A stretch of 64,000 nucleotides of DNA from IMG/VR virus record IMGVR_UViG_3300045988_125651; one strand, written 5' to 3'. The notes beneath the pieces were generated by a model. It was given only the letters and a program-made list of their open reading frames with translations. It made no database searches and was not told the origin of the DNA. The DNA comes from a virus. Of the stretch, positions 37,568 through 45,235 are shown in pieces (positions within the stretch are counted from its first letter, which is position 1; the number at the start of each line of letters is the position of its first letter). Position numbers and translations under genes: made by a program.

Positions 37568-37725
37568 ACATCCTTTCTCTCCAGTACCTTTTCCAGGAAA
37601 TATACTAACGACCTCCTTTCTGTGGAGTACCTTTTCTGGGGAAAATGATGATGACCTCCTTTGAGAACAGTACCTTTTTATACCTATGCTTTTATCTACT
37701 ATAATTCGCAGCCAGTACCTAAGCC
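37568..37725. repeat. ~43-bp degenerate tandem repeat (3.5 units) upstream of the ejection operon
   Basis: GTACCT(TTT) core at 37584, 37627, 37670 and 37715 (spacing 43/43/45). Each is preceded by (A)CCTCCTTT. On the minus sense it reads AAAAGGTAC ... AAAGGAGGT. Confidence 0.6.
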
Positions 37726-37740
37726 CCCACCCCCTTTGGG

Positions 37741-37980
37741 TCGTTCATCATCCACCTATGCCTCATCGCTTCCTTATCCTCGCCATCATGCTCTAACCTC
37801 TCCAACACGCCAACGCTCCAATCTATCCTCCCATATCACCCACCATGCCACATACCACTCATGCCATTATCGCCACCCCTCCACATCATCAAGAGCAATC
37901 ATCTTTCCCTCGTATTACCTACCATGCGTCTACCAAAGCCACTTTACAACCTCATAACTCCCTATCTATCAGCCATTTAC
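37741..37980. other. extreme G-depleted / C-rich tract (plus strand)
   Basis: My hand count finds 17 G in 240 nt. The long plus-strand ORFs here follow from the scarcity of stop codons. Confidence 0.7.
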
Positions 37981-38658
37981 CCCTTTGGACTATGACCCCG
38001 CAAGGGTCATGTCAAGTAACACAACATTTGGAAGTCGAAAAAGGCAAGGACAGAAAGCCAAAGAGCGCATCCAAGAACCATAAAGCCATTACAACAAGCC
38101 AAAAGCCACAAAAAAGCCATAGAAGTCCTTAGTAACGTCAAATTTAAGGAGAAAAGCAACACGTTTTGCCGTGTTTCGTTCCGTGACAATATTTGCATTT
38201 TTCACGCCAACCTCTTTGTCGGGGCTTTTACCTAAAAAATCCGACATTTAGAACAACCAAAACGGTCTAAACCCCGTGATTTTTGAGACCAAGGGTAGCA
38301 GTAAAGTGAAATATAGAACAATCAAAAAACATAGAGATGTACGCACGAGAAAGCCAATATTTGCTCAAAATTTCACTCTAAATAGAAGGATAGAACAAAA
38401 GGAAACTTGCCAAATATCGTAAAAACGCCAAATCAAGCGGAAAAACACGCAAAAACAACCTCAAAACACCAAACAAGCCAATCCGACTTGCACGAAAAAA
38501 GGCTGCAAACGCACAAATCACGCTTACAGCCTATCAAAAGGACTCTTGTCCAGGTATTCTACTCTCTTAGCTCTTCTATAGCTAATAGGAGAGTAATGAG
38601 GGTGTTTTCTCTTTATGTAGAGTGTTGTATGGGTGTATTGGAGAATGAGGGAACAAGG

Positions 38659-38686
38659 GGAAGATAAGGGGGCGTGCCGCCCCCAA
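38659..38686. repeat. GC-hairpin element, copy 1 (GGAAGATAA-GGGGGCG-TGC-CGCCCCC-AA)
   Basis: Perfect 7-bp stem at 38668-38684. On the minus sense it follows the repressor operon and is trailed by TTATCTTCC. Confidence 0.6.
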
Positions 38687-38725
38687 GGGCTGACGCCCTC
38701 CCCTCCGCTGCGCCTTGAATGGACG

Positions 38726-38848
38726 TTACAAATATTTCCACAACGTGTCGACTGCCCATTTGCCAAACATATACATAACGACAAAGGATACGGCTGAAAC
38801 GATGAATACCACGGCACGTATCAATAGTTCTGTTACTTTCTTTTTCAT
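38726..38848 (-). CDS. 40-aa single-TM peptide translationally coupled to the repressor
   Basis: MKKKVTELLIRAVVFIVSAVSFVVMYMFGKWAVDTLWKYL. Its ATG overlaps the repressor TGA (ATGA at 38845-38848). Below the track size cut-off. Confidence 0.45.
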   Translation of the reverse strand: MKKKVTELLIRAVVFIVSAVSFVVMYMFGKWAVDTLWKYL

Positions 38849-39171
38849 TTTGATATACTTTTTATTTCTTCCACAATCTTGTTGAACTCTTCGAGGGTGT
38901 CGGCAGTGTAGTGGACACCATTGAAGCGGATGAAGGCTGCAAAGTCCGTATTGGTTTTCGCTTCTTCCGTTTCTTCTCCTAAGAGTTGTACGACAGACAC
39001 GCCAAGTACTTTCGCTATCTTATAAAGCGTGCCTATACTTGGAGTTGTCTTGTTGTTTATGAGATTACTTGCCGTTACTTCTGTTACTCCTATTTGCGCT
39101 GCAAATTCCTTAGAAGACATAGACAAATGTTCTTTTATATGCAATTTAATATCGGTCTGCTTGAACGCCAT
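38845..39171 (-). CDS. XRE-family HTH repressor (CI-like)
   Basis: EFAAQIGVTEVTASNLINNKTTPSIGTLYKIAKVLGVSVVQLL is a canonical HTH_3 pattern. Divergent from the early operon. Confidence 0.85.
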   Translation of the reverse strand: MAFKQTDIKLHIKEHLSMSSKEFAAQIGVTEVTASNLINNKTTPSIGTLYKIAKVLGVSVVQLLGEETEEAKTNTDFAAFIRFNGVHYTADTLEEFNKIVEEIKSISK

Positions 39172-39177
39172 ATAATA

Positions 39178-39325
39178 TTACCTTAATGTTTTAGTCTGCA
39201 AAGATACAATAATTAAAGTAATATTTGTATTAATAACTGTGAATTTAAGGTAGAATTATATTTATTAACGTTAAAATAAAGGTAATATTTTACCAAAAGC
39301 TTGTTTTTGTTATAATTTTACCTTA
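39178..39325. promoter_or_regulatory. four operator-like 8-9-mers TTACCTTAA / TTAAGGTA
   Basis: Direct copies at 39178-39186 and 39317-39325. Inverted copies at 39245-39252 and 39279-39285. The last direct copy overlaps the early promoter -7 box. Confidence 0.4.
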
Positions 39326-39330
39326 ACTTT
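39305..39330 (+). promoter_or_regulatory. Bacteroides-type early promoter
   Basis: TTTG (39305-39308) and TAACTTTG (39323-39330), matching the -33 TTTG / -7 TAnnTTTG consensus. Confidence 0.55.
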
Positions 39331-39388
39331 GCAATCGTAATCAAGAGATTACTTCAACATTAGTATTAACATTCTAAACTCATACACT

Positions 39389-39565
39389 ATGGAAGAGAAA
39401 ACAGTAACACTAACAAGCGATGATGTCACCAATATTACATTCTTGATATTTGATGAGATAGATCTTCTTGATTCTCGCATAAAAGTTTTAGGCGAAAAGA
39501 GCGCACCGCTATTAGTTGAAAAAAGAGAGGTTCTTCGTGCCCTCTTTAAGAAATTGACTAAGTAA
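39389..39565 (+). CDS. hypothetical small early protein (58 aa)
   Basis: MEEKTVTLTSDD...KKLTK. First ORF after the promoter. Below the track cut-off. Confidence 0.4.
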   Translation: MEEKTVTLTSDDVTNITFLIFDEIDLLDSRIKVLGEKSAPLLVEKREVLRALFKKLTK

Positions 39566-39592
39566 CATATAACAATTAAAACACATACAATT

Positions 39593-39922
39593 ATGGAGAT
39601 TTACAAAATTAAGAGAAACGAATGCGAGGTAAATGTAATATTTACAGGTAAGCAATACATCTTCCACAACTCATACTTCGGTATACTCGCTGTGGCAACA
39701 CGAAAAGGCTATAAGGATGAAGAAATGCACACCTTTATTCTTGAGTACGGAAACGAAAACACGTTAGGAGGTTCATTTGGTGATAGCTATTGCGAAACAA
39801 TGGCAAAGCAGTTCATCAACAAGACAGAATCACAATACGTGAAGTGTAAAACTTATTACGAAGTTGTGAAAGTTGACGTGAACATAAAATATTATATAGA
39901 TATATTGGCAAAGGAACGCTAA
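39593..39922 (+). CDS. hypothetical early protein
   Basis: 109-aa ORF followed by GC-hairpin copy 2. Confidence 0.65.
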   Translation: MEIYKIKRNECEVNVIFTGKQYIFHNSYFGILAVATRKGYKDEEMHTFILEYGNENTLGGSFGDSYCETMAKQFINKTESQYVKCKTYYEVVKVDVNIKYYIDILAKER

Positions 39923-39924
39923 TT

Positions 39925-39953
39925 GAAGATAAGGAGGGGCGTTGCCCCTCCAA
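39925..39953. repeat. GC-hairpin element, copy 2 (GAAGATAA-GGAGGGGC-GTT-GCCCCTCC-AA)
   Basis: 8-bp perfect stem at 39933-39951. Confidence 0.6.
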
Positions 39954-40127
39954 TAACCACACCACAGCCGTGACCGAGAGAAAGGCAAGCGGAGCGAGAC
40001 CGCACACGGCACAAACTTTTAAAAACATACAGATATGATAGAACTTATAATTGTAGTTATGCTTGTATCTTATATATCAGGCATTTACGTCGGCAGACAT
40101 TGGCACGAATTCACACAGGAATAAATC

Positions 40128-40154
40128 GGAAGACAAGGGGGCTGCCGCCCCCAA
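40128..40154. repeat. GC-hairpin element, copy 3 (GGAAGACAA-GGGGGC-TGCC-GCCCCC-AA)
   Basis: 6-bp perfect stem at 40137-40152. Nearly identical to copy 1 over ~27 nt. Confidence 0.6.
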
Positions 40155-40176
40155 CGCTTCGCCAAACTTAAAAATT

Positions 40177-40365
40177 ATGGCAAAGACACGTATCGCCACA
40201 TTGACACCGATAGACGCTTTATTATTGCGTGAGGTATTCAACGAGTATATAGAGAGCAAACAAAAACTCCTTAAACACAAGAACCTCGCCCCCATAACAC
40301 GTCATTTCATCCAAGAGAGAATAGACAACATTACAGAACTCAAAATTAAAATATTCAAGCAATGA
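40177..40365 (+). CDS. hypothetical early protein (62 aa)
   Basis: I moved the start to MAKTRIATL (40177), because the track start at 40063 runs through hairpin copy 3. Confidence 0.55.
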   Translation: MAKTRIATLTPIDALLLREVFNEYIESKQKLLKHKNLAPITRHFIQERIDNITELKIKIFKQ

Positions 40366-40592
40366 ACAAAGTATTTTTAATCCTACTTATAGCAAGCGCA
40401 GCACTTGCAGTAGTACAGGCACACCAACTCGCAGAAGCGCAGTACGACAGAGAGCAGATAAAAGAAGATGTACGTTTACTTATGAACGACATCGACGAGT
40501 ACGGAGATATCGACACCTACACAGGCTCAGACCATTTCGAGCGTCTGTACGAGTGGTCGCACAACATCAAGCGCAATGATAAAGATAAATAA
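40362..40592 (+). CDS. small secreted/membrane protein
   Basis: 76 aa with N-terminal signal/TM MNKVFLILLIASAALAVVQA. ATGA overlap. Confidence 0.6.
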   Translation: MNKVFLILLIASAALAVVQAHQLAEAQYDREQIKEDVRLLMNDIDEYGDIDTYTGSDHFERLYEWSHNIKRNDKDK

Positions 40593-40794
40593 CGTCACGT
40601 ACGATGTGGGCTTGACAGACGACGATGTGGCAGGCATAATGTGGTACTTCCGCTGCAATGCGAGAATCCGACTATTTTGGACGAAGCAAGACCTTGTTGC
40701 CCACGTCCGCAAGATACAGAACAAGATAGTCAAGCGTGAGGTGCTTGCGATGATATCCAAGCTACACGGCAGAGCTGTCTGTTACGCACGTTAG
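40576..40794 (+). CDS. hypothetical protein
   Basis: 72-aa ORF overlapping the previous gene by 17 nt. Confidence 0.55.
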   Translation: MIKINNVTYDVGLTDDDVAGIMWYFRCNARIRLFWTKQDLVAHVRKIQNKIVKREVLAMISKLHGRAVCYAR

Positions 40795-40872
40795 CAACCA
40801 TCCGTTGGGGAAAAGAAACCATTTCGGAGCGACACCGACAACGGAGCAATATAAACTTTAAACATTACAATT

Positions 40873-41220
40873 ATGAAGACAAGCATTATTCCATGTCCTA
40901 TCAACGAGAAAGACTTATGCAGCGACACCCTATTTGACGGTCTATTTGATAATAGTCAGTACGTAGAGAAAGGAAACAGATATGTCGGTTTTATCTGCGA
41001 CCAAGTCGCAAAGATTGAGTATGACAACAACTTCGTTCACATGTCATTCGAAAGCACAATACACGATAGAGAGACAAAGCAAATCGAAGAGTGGGCACGT
41101 GAGATAGAAGACAGCTACAACGAAAATCTGATAGACGAAGATGTGCGGTTAAATGTACGCTTTAAAGTCTTTGCGAAGTCTTGCGATGTATACTTCGAAT
41201 ATTTCATCAACGAGAAGTAA
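40873..41220 (+). CDS. hypothetical acidic protein
   Basis: 115-aa ORF. Confidence 0.65.
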   Translation: MKTSIIPCPINEKDLCSDTLFDGLFDNSQYVEKGNRYVGFICDQVAKIEYDNNFVHMSFESTIHDRETKQIEEWAREIEDSYNENLIDEDVRLNVRFKVFAKSCDVYFEYFINEK

Positions 41221-41310
41221 CCCCACAGGCTGAATGTGGTTCAAGCCACTCCACTTCGATGCAAGGTCGGAGCAGCCACCAATATTAATAACAATTTAAA
41301 TCATACTATT

Positions 41311-41499
41311 ATGGCAAAGTACAAAGTATTGGTTGTTGAAACCTTAAGAAAAGAGGTTGTTATCGAGGCTAATAGCGCAAAAGAGGCAAAGGCTATCGCT
41401 AACGATATACGCAGCAAAGGAGAGCTAATCCTTACGGCTGATGATTTTGATAGCTTCTCAATCCATTGTTGTGAAACTTGTAAAATTAACGAAAAATAG
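41311..41499 (+). CDS. hypothetical small protein (62 aa)
   Basis: Start moved to MAKYKVLVVE (41311). Confidence 0.55.
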   Translation: MAKYKVLVVETLRKEVVIEANSAKEAKAIANDIRSKGELILTADDFDSFSIHCCETCKINEK

Positions 41500-41506
41500 A
41501 AGCACT

Positions 41507-41875
41507 ATGACATTACAGGAATATCTTGAAACCAAGTTGGGCAAAATGGCAAGCCAAGACCCCAATTTCCGTGAACGCTACAACGACAAGCAGAAGTCCA
41601 TAACCGATTGCATCCGCTACATTACACAACAGGCACGCAAGCAAGCGGTTAATAACTGCGCTGCCATATCCGATGAAGATATACTTCAGATGGCAGTCCA
41701 CTATTACCAAGAGAAGGACGTCAATCCAACTAAGGACACACCTAAGGCTAAGGTAGTGGCAGCAGCACCCAAGCAAGACAAGCCACAGCCTGTCCTTATC
41801 CCCAAGCCACAACCCAAGAAAAAGGCTAAGAAAGTAGACAACTCATTACAACTTGATTTATTTGGAGAATTTTAA
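41507..41875 (+). CDS. PcfK-like protein
   Basis: Start moved to MTLQEYL (41507). The pattern F-x3-Y-x-(D/N)-x2-K-x-I-x-DC-x2-YI ... HYYQE plus a K/P-rich tail matches my memory of the PcfK-like family. Adjacent to a PcfJ-like gene. Confidence 0.6.
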   Translation: MTLQEYLETKLGKMASQDPNFRERYNDKQKSITDCIRYITQQARKQAVNNCAAISDEDILQMAVHYYQEKDVNPTKDTPKAKVVAAAPKQDKPQPVLIPKPQPKKKAKKVDNSLQLDLFGEF

Positions 41876-41876
41876 T

Positions 41877-43073
41877 ATGAAACCACGCAACAAGATAGAA
41901 CAAGAGGTCGTTAACCTCTCACACAAGTTAGGCGAGATAGGCAAACGTGACAACGCTCGTCTAATCCGCAATACATACGGCTCTTGCAAGTTCGAGGATA
42001 TGTACAACCGATGCTATGCCGTTATCAACCAATCTTACAAAGGTTGGCAAGTGCTCAGATATTTCCGTATCGACCGTCACGGCAAGCGTGATATTTCCTA
42101 TAGTACATGGGAGGTTTTCCAACTATGGAACAAGGTAGGCGAAAAGCAGATACTTATAGCACGTCAGAGAGCGTTCCATTATTACGTAGACGCTTTCCTC
42201 CTTTCCTCCCCAATGGAGATACGGCAAAACCCCAAATACTGCGCATCGTGGCTGCACTTCACCGATGTAGGCTTTTCCTACATGTACGACAAGTCCATCG
42301 ACGGCACATACAAGTATTGCGACAGCCTCATACCCACCAACGAGCGCAAGCAGTGGTATCGTTTCCTGTCCGTAGACAAGTTTGCCGAGACAATCCTCAA
42401 GCAGCGTCACGAACTTGCCGAGTACATGCTTACCAACAACATCACCGACAAGGCATACATACAGGCAGTCCGCATTATGTTCCGACACAACTATGTGCCA
42501 ATGAACGAAGGGCACACGGCATACAATATCTACTTCGACATGCTACAAAACATGAAGTATATAGGTTGCGACCTCTCTAACCCTCATTTCGTGTGTCCCG
42601 ACAATCTCATGCACACGCACGACTGGGCATTGCACACTCGCCAAGCTCTTGAAGCCAAGCGCAAGTCTAAAGCCGAGCACGAAAAGGAGATACAGCGCAT
42701 CAAGTGCGCTATGGATAAGAACGAGAAGTACATCAAGGCTCGTAGCTGCTTCTTCGACATGAACATCAGCGACAATCTAATCTCGTGCCACGTCCTACAA
42801 TCGGTAGACGAGTTCTACGAGGAAGGCACAGCCATGCACCATTGCGTATATGCCAACAAGTATTACGACAAGCCTAACTCGCTTATTCTTTCCGCTCGTA
42901 TCAACGACAAGCGTATTGAGACAGTAGAGGTAGACCTTAAGCAGATGAAGGTAGTTCAGTGCTACGGTGCTTGCGACAAGTTCACGCTCTATCACGACCG
43001 CATTGTCAATCTCGTCAACAACAATATGGATACAATAAAACAATGTCTAACATCTAAACAAATAGCAATATGA
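41877..43073 (+). CDS. PcfJ-like protein
   Basis: Start at 41877 (MKPRNK). C-terminal EEGTAMHHCVYANKYY ... VVQCYG is the PcfJ-like signature. Confidence 0.7.
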   Translation: MKPRNKIEQEVVNLSHKLGEIGKRDNARLIRNTYGSCKFEDMYNRCYAVINQSYKGWQVLRYFRIDRHGKRDISYSTWEVFQLWNKVGEKQILIARQRAFHYYVDAFLLSSPMEIRQNPKYCASWLHFTDVGFSYMYDKSIDGTYKYCDSLIPTNERKQWYRFLSVDKFAETILKQRHELAEYMLTNNITDKAYIQAVRIMFRHNYVPMNEGHTAYNIYFDMLQNMKYIGCDLSNPHFVCPDNLMHTHDWALHTRQALEAKRKSKAEHEKEIQRIKCAMDKNEKYIKARSCFFDMNISDNLISCHVLQSVDEFYEEGTAMHHCVYANKYYDKPNSLILSARINDKRIETVEVDLKQMKVVQCYGACDKFTLYHDRIVNLVNNNMDTIKQCLTSKQIAI

Positions 43074-43468
43074 CAAGACAAGAAATCTACAAATCACGCT
43101 TTCGTTCACTTAACACGGCTGAGAAGAAACGTATTCTCAGCCGACTTTTCCCCGACGGCTACATTGAGTGCAAGGACGATTTGCCCGACGAGCAGACTTT
43201 TGCCGGTTACACCGAGGATTACGGACTTATCGAAGTCAGATTTTCCCTGTTCGACAGCCGTATAGACATATCACGTAATTTCGAGACGGACAGAGAAAAG
43301 TGGCTGTTCATCAACGACATCACCAACAGAGCCCTTGCCAAGGACAATGTCTACACCAAGGATGTCCATAAGTTTCCGTTCGACAACAACTCCAACTACT
43401 TCGTAGCGGATATGAACAAACGAGCGTTCTTCATTGGACTAAACCCAAACAAATTACAAGCAAATTAA
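43070..43468 (+). CDS. hypothetical protein
   Basis: 132-aa ORF with ATGA overlap. Confidence 0.65.
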   Translation: MTRQEIYKSRFRSLNTAEKKRILSRLFPDGYIECKDDLPDEQTFAGYTEDYGLIEVRFSLFDSRIDISRNFETDREKWLFINDITNRALAKDNVYTKDVHKFPFDNNSNYFVADMNKRAFFIGLNPNKLQAN

Positions 43469-43481
43469 AACCATATAAATT

Positions 43482-43754
43482 ATGAAAAAGCAAACATTCA
43501 CTTTTCAGTTCCCTTTATCAGGAGAAACAATCACACGTGAACTCAACCTACTCGCAGTAAAGGACGCTACTATCAAATATCTCCGCAAGCAGTCGGAAGT
43601 TCGTGGGGACATTTGTCTTGTGTCTGACGAGAAAGGCGAGATTGTGGCAATGGCGCACATCGACGAACACATGAAGGTGAAGTTCTTCACCGAGGACGAC
43701 AGCGTTTCAGACATCAAAGCCATAGGGGATATTTCCCTTGAAGCCAACACCTAA
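43482..43754 (+). CDS. hypothetical protein
   Basis: 90-aa ORF. Confidence 0.6.
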   Translation: MKKQTFTFQFPLSGETITRELNLLAVKDATIKYLRKQSEVRGDICLVSDEKGEIVAMAHIDEHMKVKFFTEDDSVSDIKAIGDISLEANT

Positions 43755-43800
43755 CCGTAAATTTTTATTAACTTTGCAAAACAGAAAGGAGGTATCCATT

Positions 43801-43863
43801 ATGAACGCTAAAGAATGGTGCATAGTAATAGTATTTATCTTAGCTTTGATACTTGCCTGTTAG
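43801..43863 (+). CDS. 20-aa hydrophobic peptide (MNAKEWCIVIVFILALILAC)
   Basis: Preceded by TAACTTTG (43769-43776) and a strong AAAGGAGGT 8 nt before the ATG. Confidence 0.3.
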   Translation: MNAKEWCIVIVFILALILAC

Positions 43864-43935
43864 GGCATAACCAATGGCGAGTCATGACAATCTTGTGGCT
43901 CGCTATTTCTTTCAACACCAAACACTCTTAATCAT

Positions 43936-44631
43936 ATGAAATCAATAATAGTAATATACGACGACCTCTTCGAACTCGACCGCACCGAGGTTGCCTATCA
44001 AGGCGAGACGCAACTGAAGTCAATCGTCAAGTCTCTCATGTCCGACTATCCTGAGAGTGAGAAAGCGGAAGTCTACAACAAAATTACACAGAACCTCATA
44101 CTTGCCTATCGACGTGACAGCAAAGGCAACCTTGTTGAGATAGAGCGATACGTCCGCAAGCGAGCCGTTAGCCACGCCCCTCGCAACACCGTCAAGCTAT
44201 ACACGCAGCGCATGACGTTTTGGATGGAGCCAGCTGTCTACGAGCGACTTGATGCGCTAAGAGGAAAGCGAGCTAAGTATGTTCGTGATGCAGTAGTCGA
44301 GAAGTTGGAGCGTGAAGGCAATCCACTTCCTCCCGACCCATGTCCCAAGGCAGAAGGACACCCCGACCGTCGCTATCATCGAATGTTCAAGAACTTGCCT
44401 CAAAGCATACGCACATACGATGCACGTGTCACCTACCGCTCACCGCTCACCATCACCAAGACCCCCGAAAATCTTTGGCGAGTGTCCTATGGAGAATACT
44501 CCACCCTACAAGGCGCACCATCCACCGAAAACAAAGACCTTCTCTCGGCTCTCGAATGGCTCGACATGTGGATTAAGAAATACGGCAACAAATGGATTGT
44601 CGGAAAAGTGATAGAGGATGAGGAGAAATAA
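43936..44631 (+). CDS. protein with central ribbon-helix-helix-like segment
   Basis: 231 aa. MTFWMEPAVYERLDALRGKRAKYVRDAVVEKLERE resembles a CopG/Arc RHH. Confidence 0.6.
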   Translation: MKSIIVIYDDLFELDRTEVAYQGETQLKSIVKSLMSDYPESEKAEVYNKITQNLILAYRRDSKGNLVEIERYVRKRAVSHAPRNTVKLYTQRMTFWMEPAVYERLDALRGKRAKYVRDAVVEKLEREGNPLPPDPCPKAEGHPDRRYHRMFKNLPQSIRTYDARVTYRSPLTITKTPENLWRVSYGEYSTLQGAPSTENKDLLSALEWLDMWIKKYGNKWIVGKVIEDEEK

Positions 44632-44663
44632 CCTCCCCATCTTTTTTACTTTTTAATAGATAC

Positions 44664-45233
44664 ATGTCAATAAAACGTACATTTGTTTACAAACTCTTTA
44701 TAAACTCTTTCATCTTGTTATTATTTTCGCTATATTTACGTTTTTCTGAAACAATAAGGCTTATGAAAGAGTTTCCCAAACAAACAACAACAGAGGTGAG
44801 CGTAGTTCTCAACCGCTCAATCTTCTTCTTTTACGAGAAGTCTCTAAGATACGTGCCTGTCTTCCTCATGCTATGCCATTGGTATGGAGTATACAGCTTT
44901 CACGACAATCCACGCGAGATACTCATAGACATTCGTGAGAACGAGGAATGCATTGCCTACCTATATTTCATGGTTTACGTATTCCCCGTTGTCTTCATGC
45001 TCCCTGCAAGCCACTTCTTCAAGCTATGTTGGATATGGCGCATACCTTTTATTTACATCATCGGCACCAATGCCATACGGCTCTATTACGGCTCATGGCT
45101 CATAACTAACGAAATGTACGATGCCGACTTCATCCTTATCCTCATGACCTTGGCTCTGTATGTCTGTGCCTTCGTACAGGTGACATGCCGCATCTTCCGA
45201 CACAACAGAACGTCTAACACTAAAACCAAATAA
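44664..45233 (+). CDS. multi-pass membrane protein
   Basis: 189 aa with several hydrophobic helices. The start is uncertain (alternative MKEFPKQ at 44763). Confidence 0.55.
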   Translation: MSIKRTFVYKLFINSFILLLFSLYLRFSETIRLMKEFPKQTTTEVSVVLNRSIFFFYEKSLRYVPVFLMLCHWYGVYSFHDNPREILIDIRENEECIAYLYFMVYVFPVVFMLPASHFFKLCWIWRIPFIYIIGTNAIRLYYGSWLITNEMYDADFILILMTLALYVCAFVQVTCRIFRHNRTSNTKTK

Positions 45234-45235
45234 CT

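Noticed and set aside
38524-38817. 97-aa minus-strand ORF (and plus ORF 38407..38667) in the desert next to the repressor
   Set aside because: It runs through the GC hairpins and has odd Cys/Pro/Ser/His-rich composition. The 40-aa TM peptide coupled to the repressor stop explains the proximal part better.
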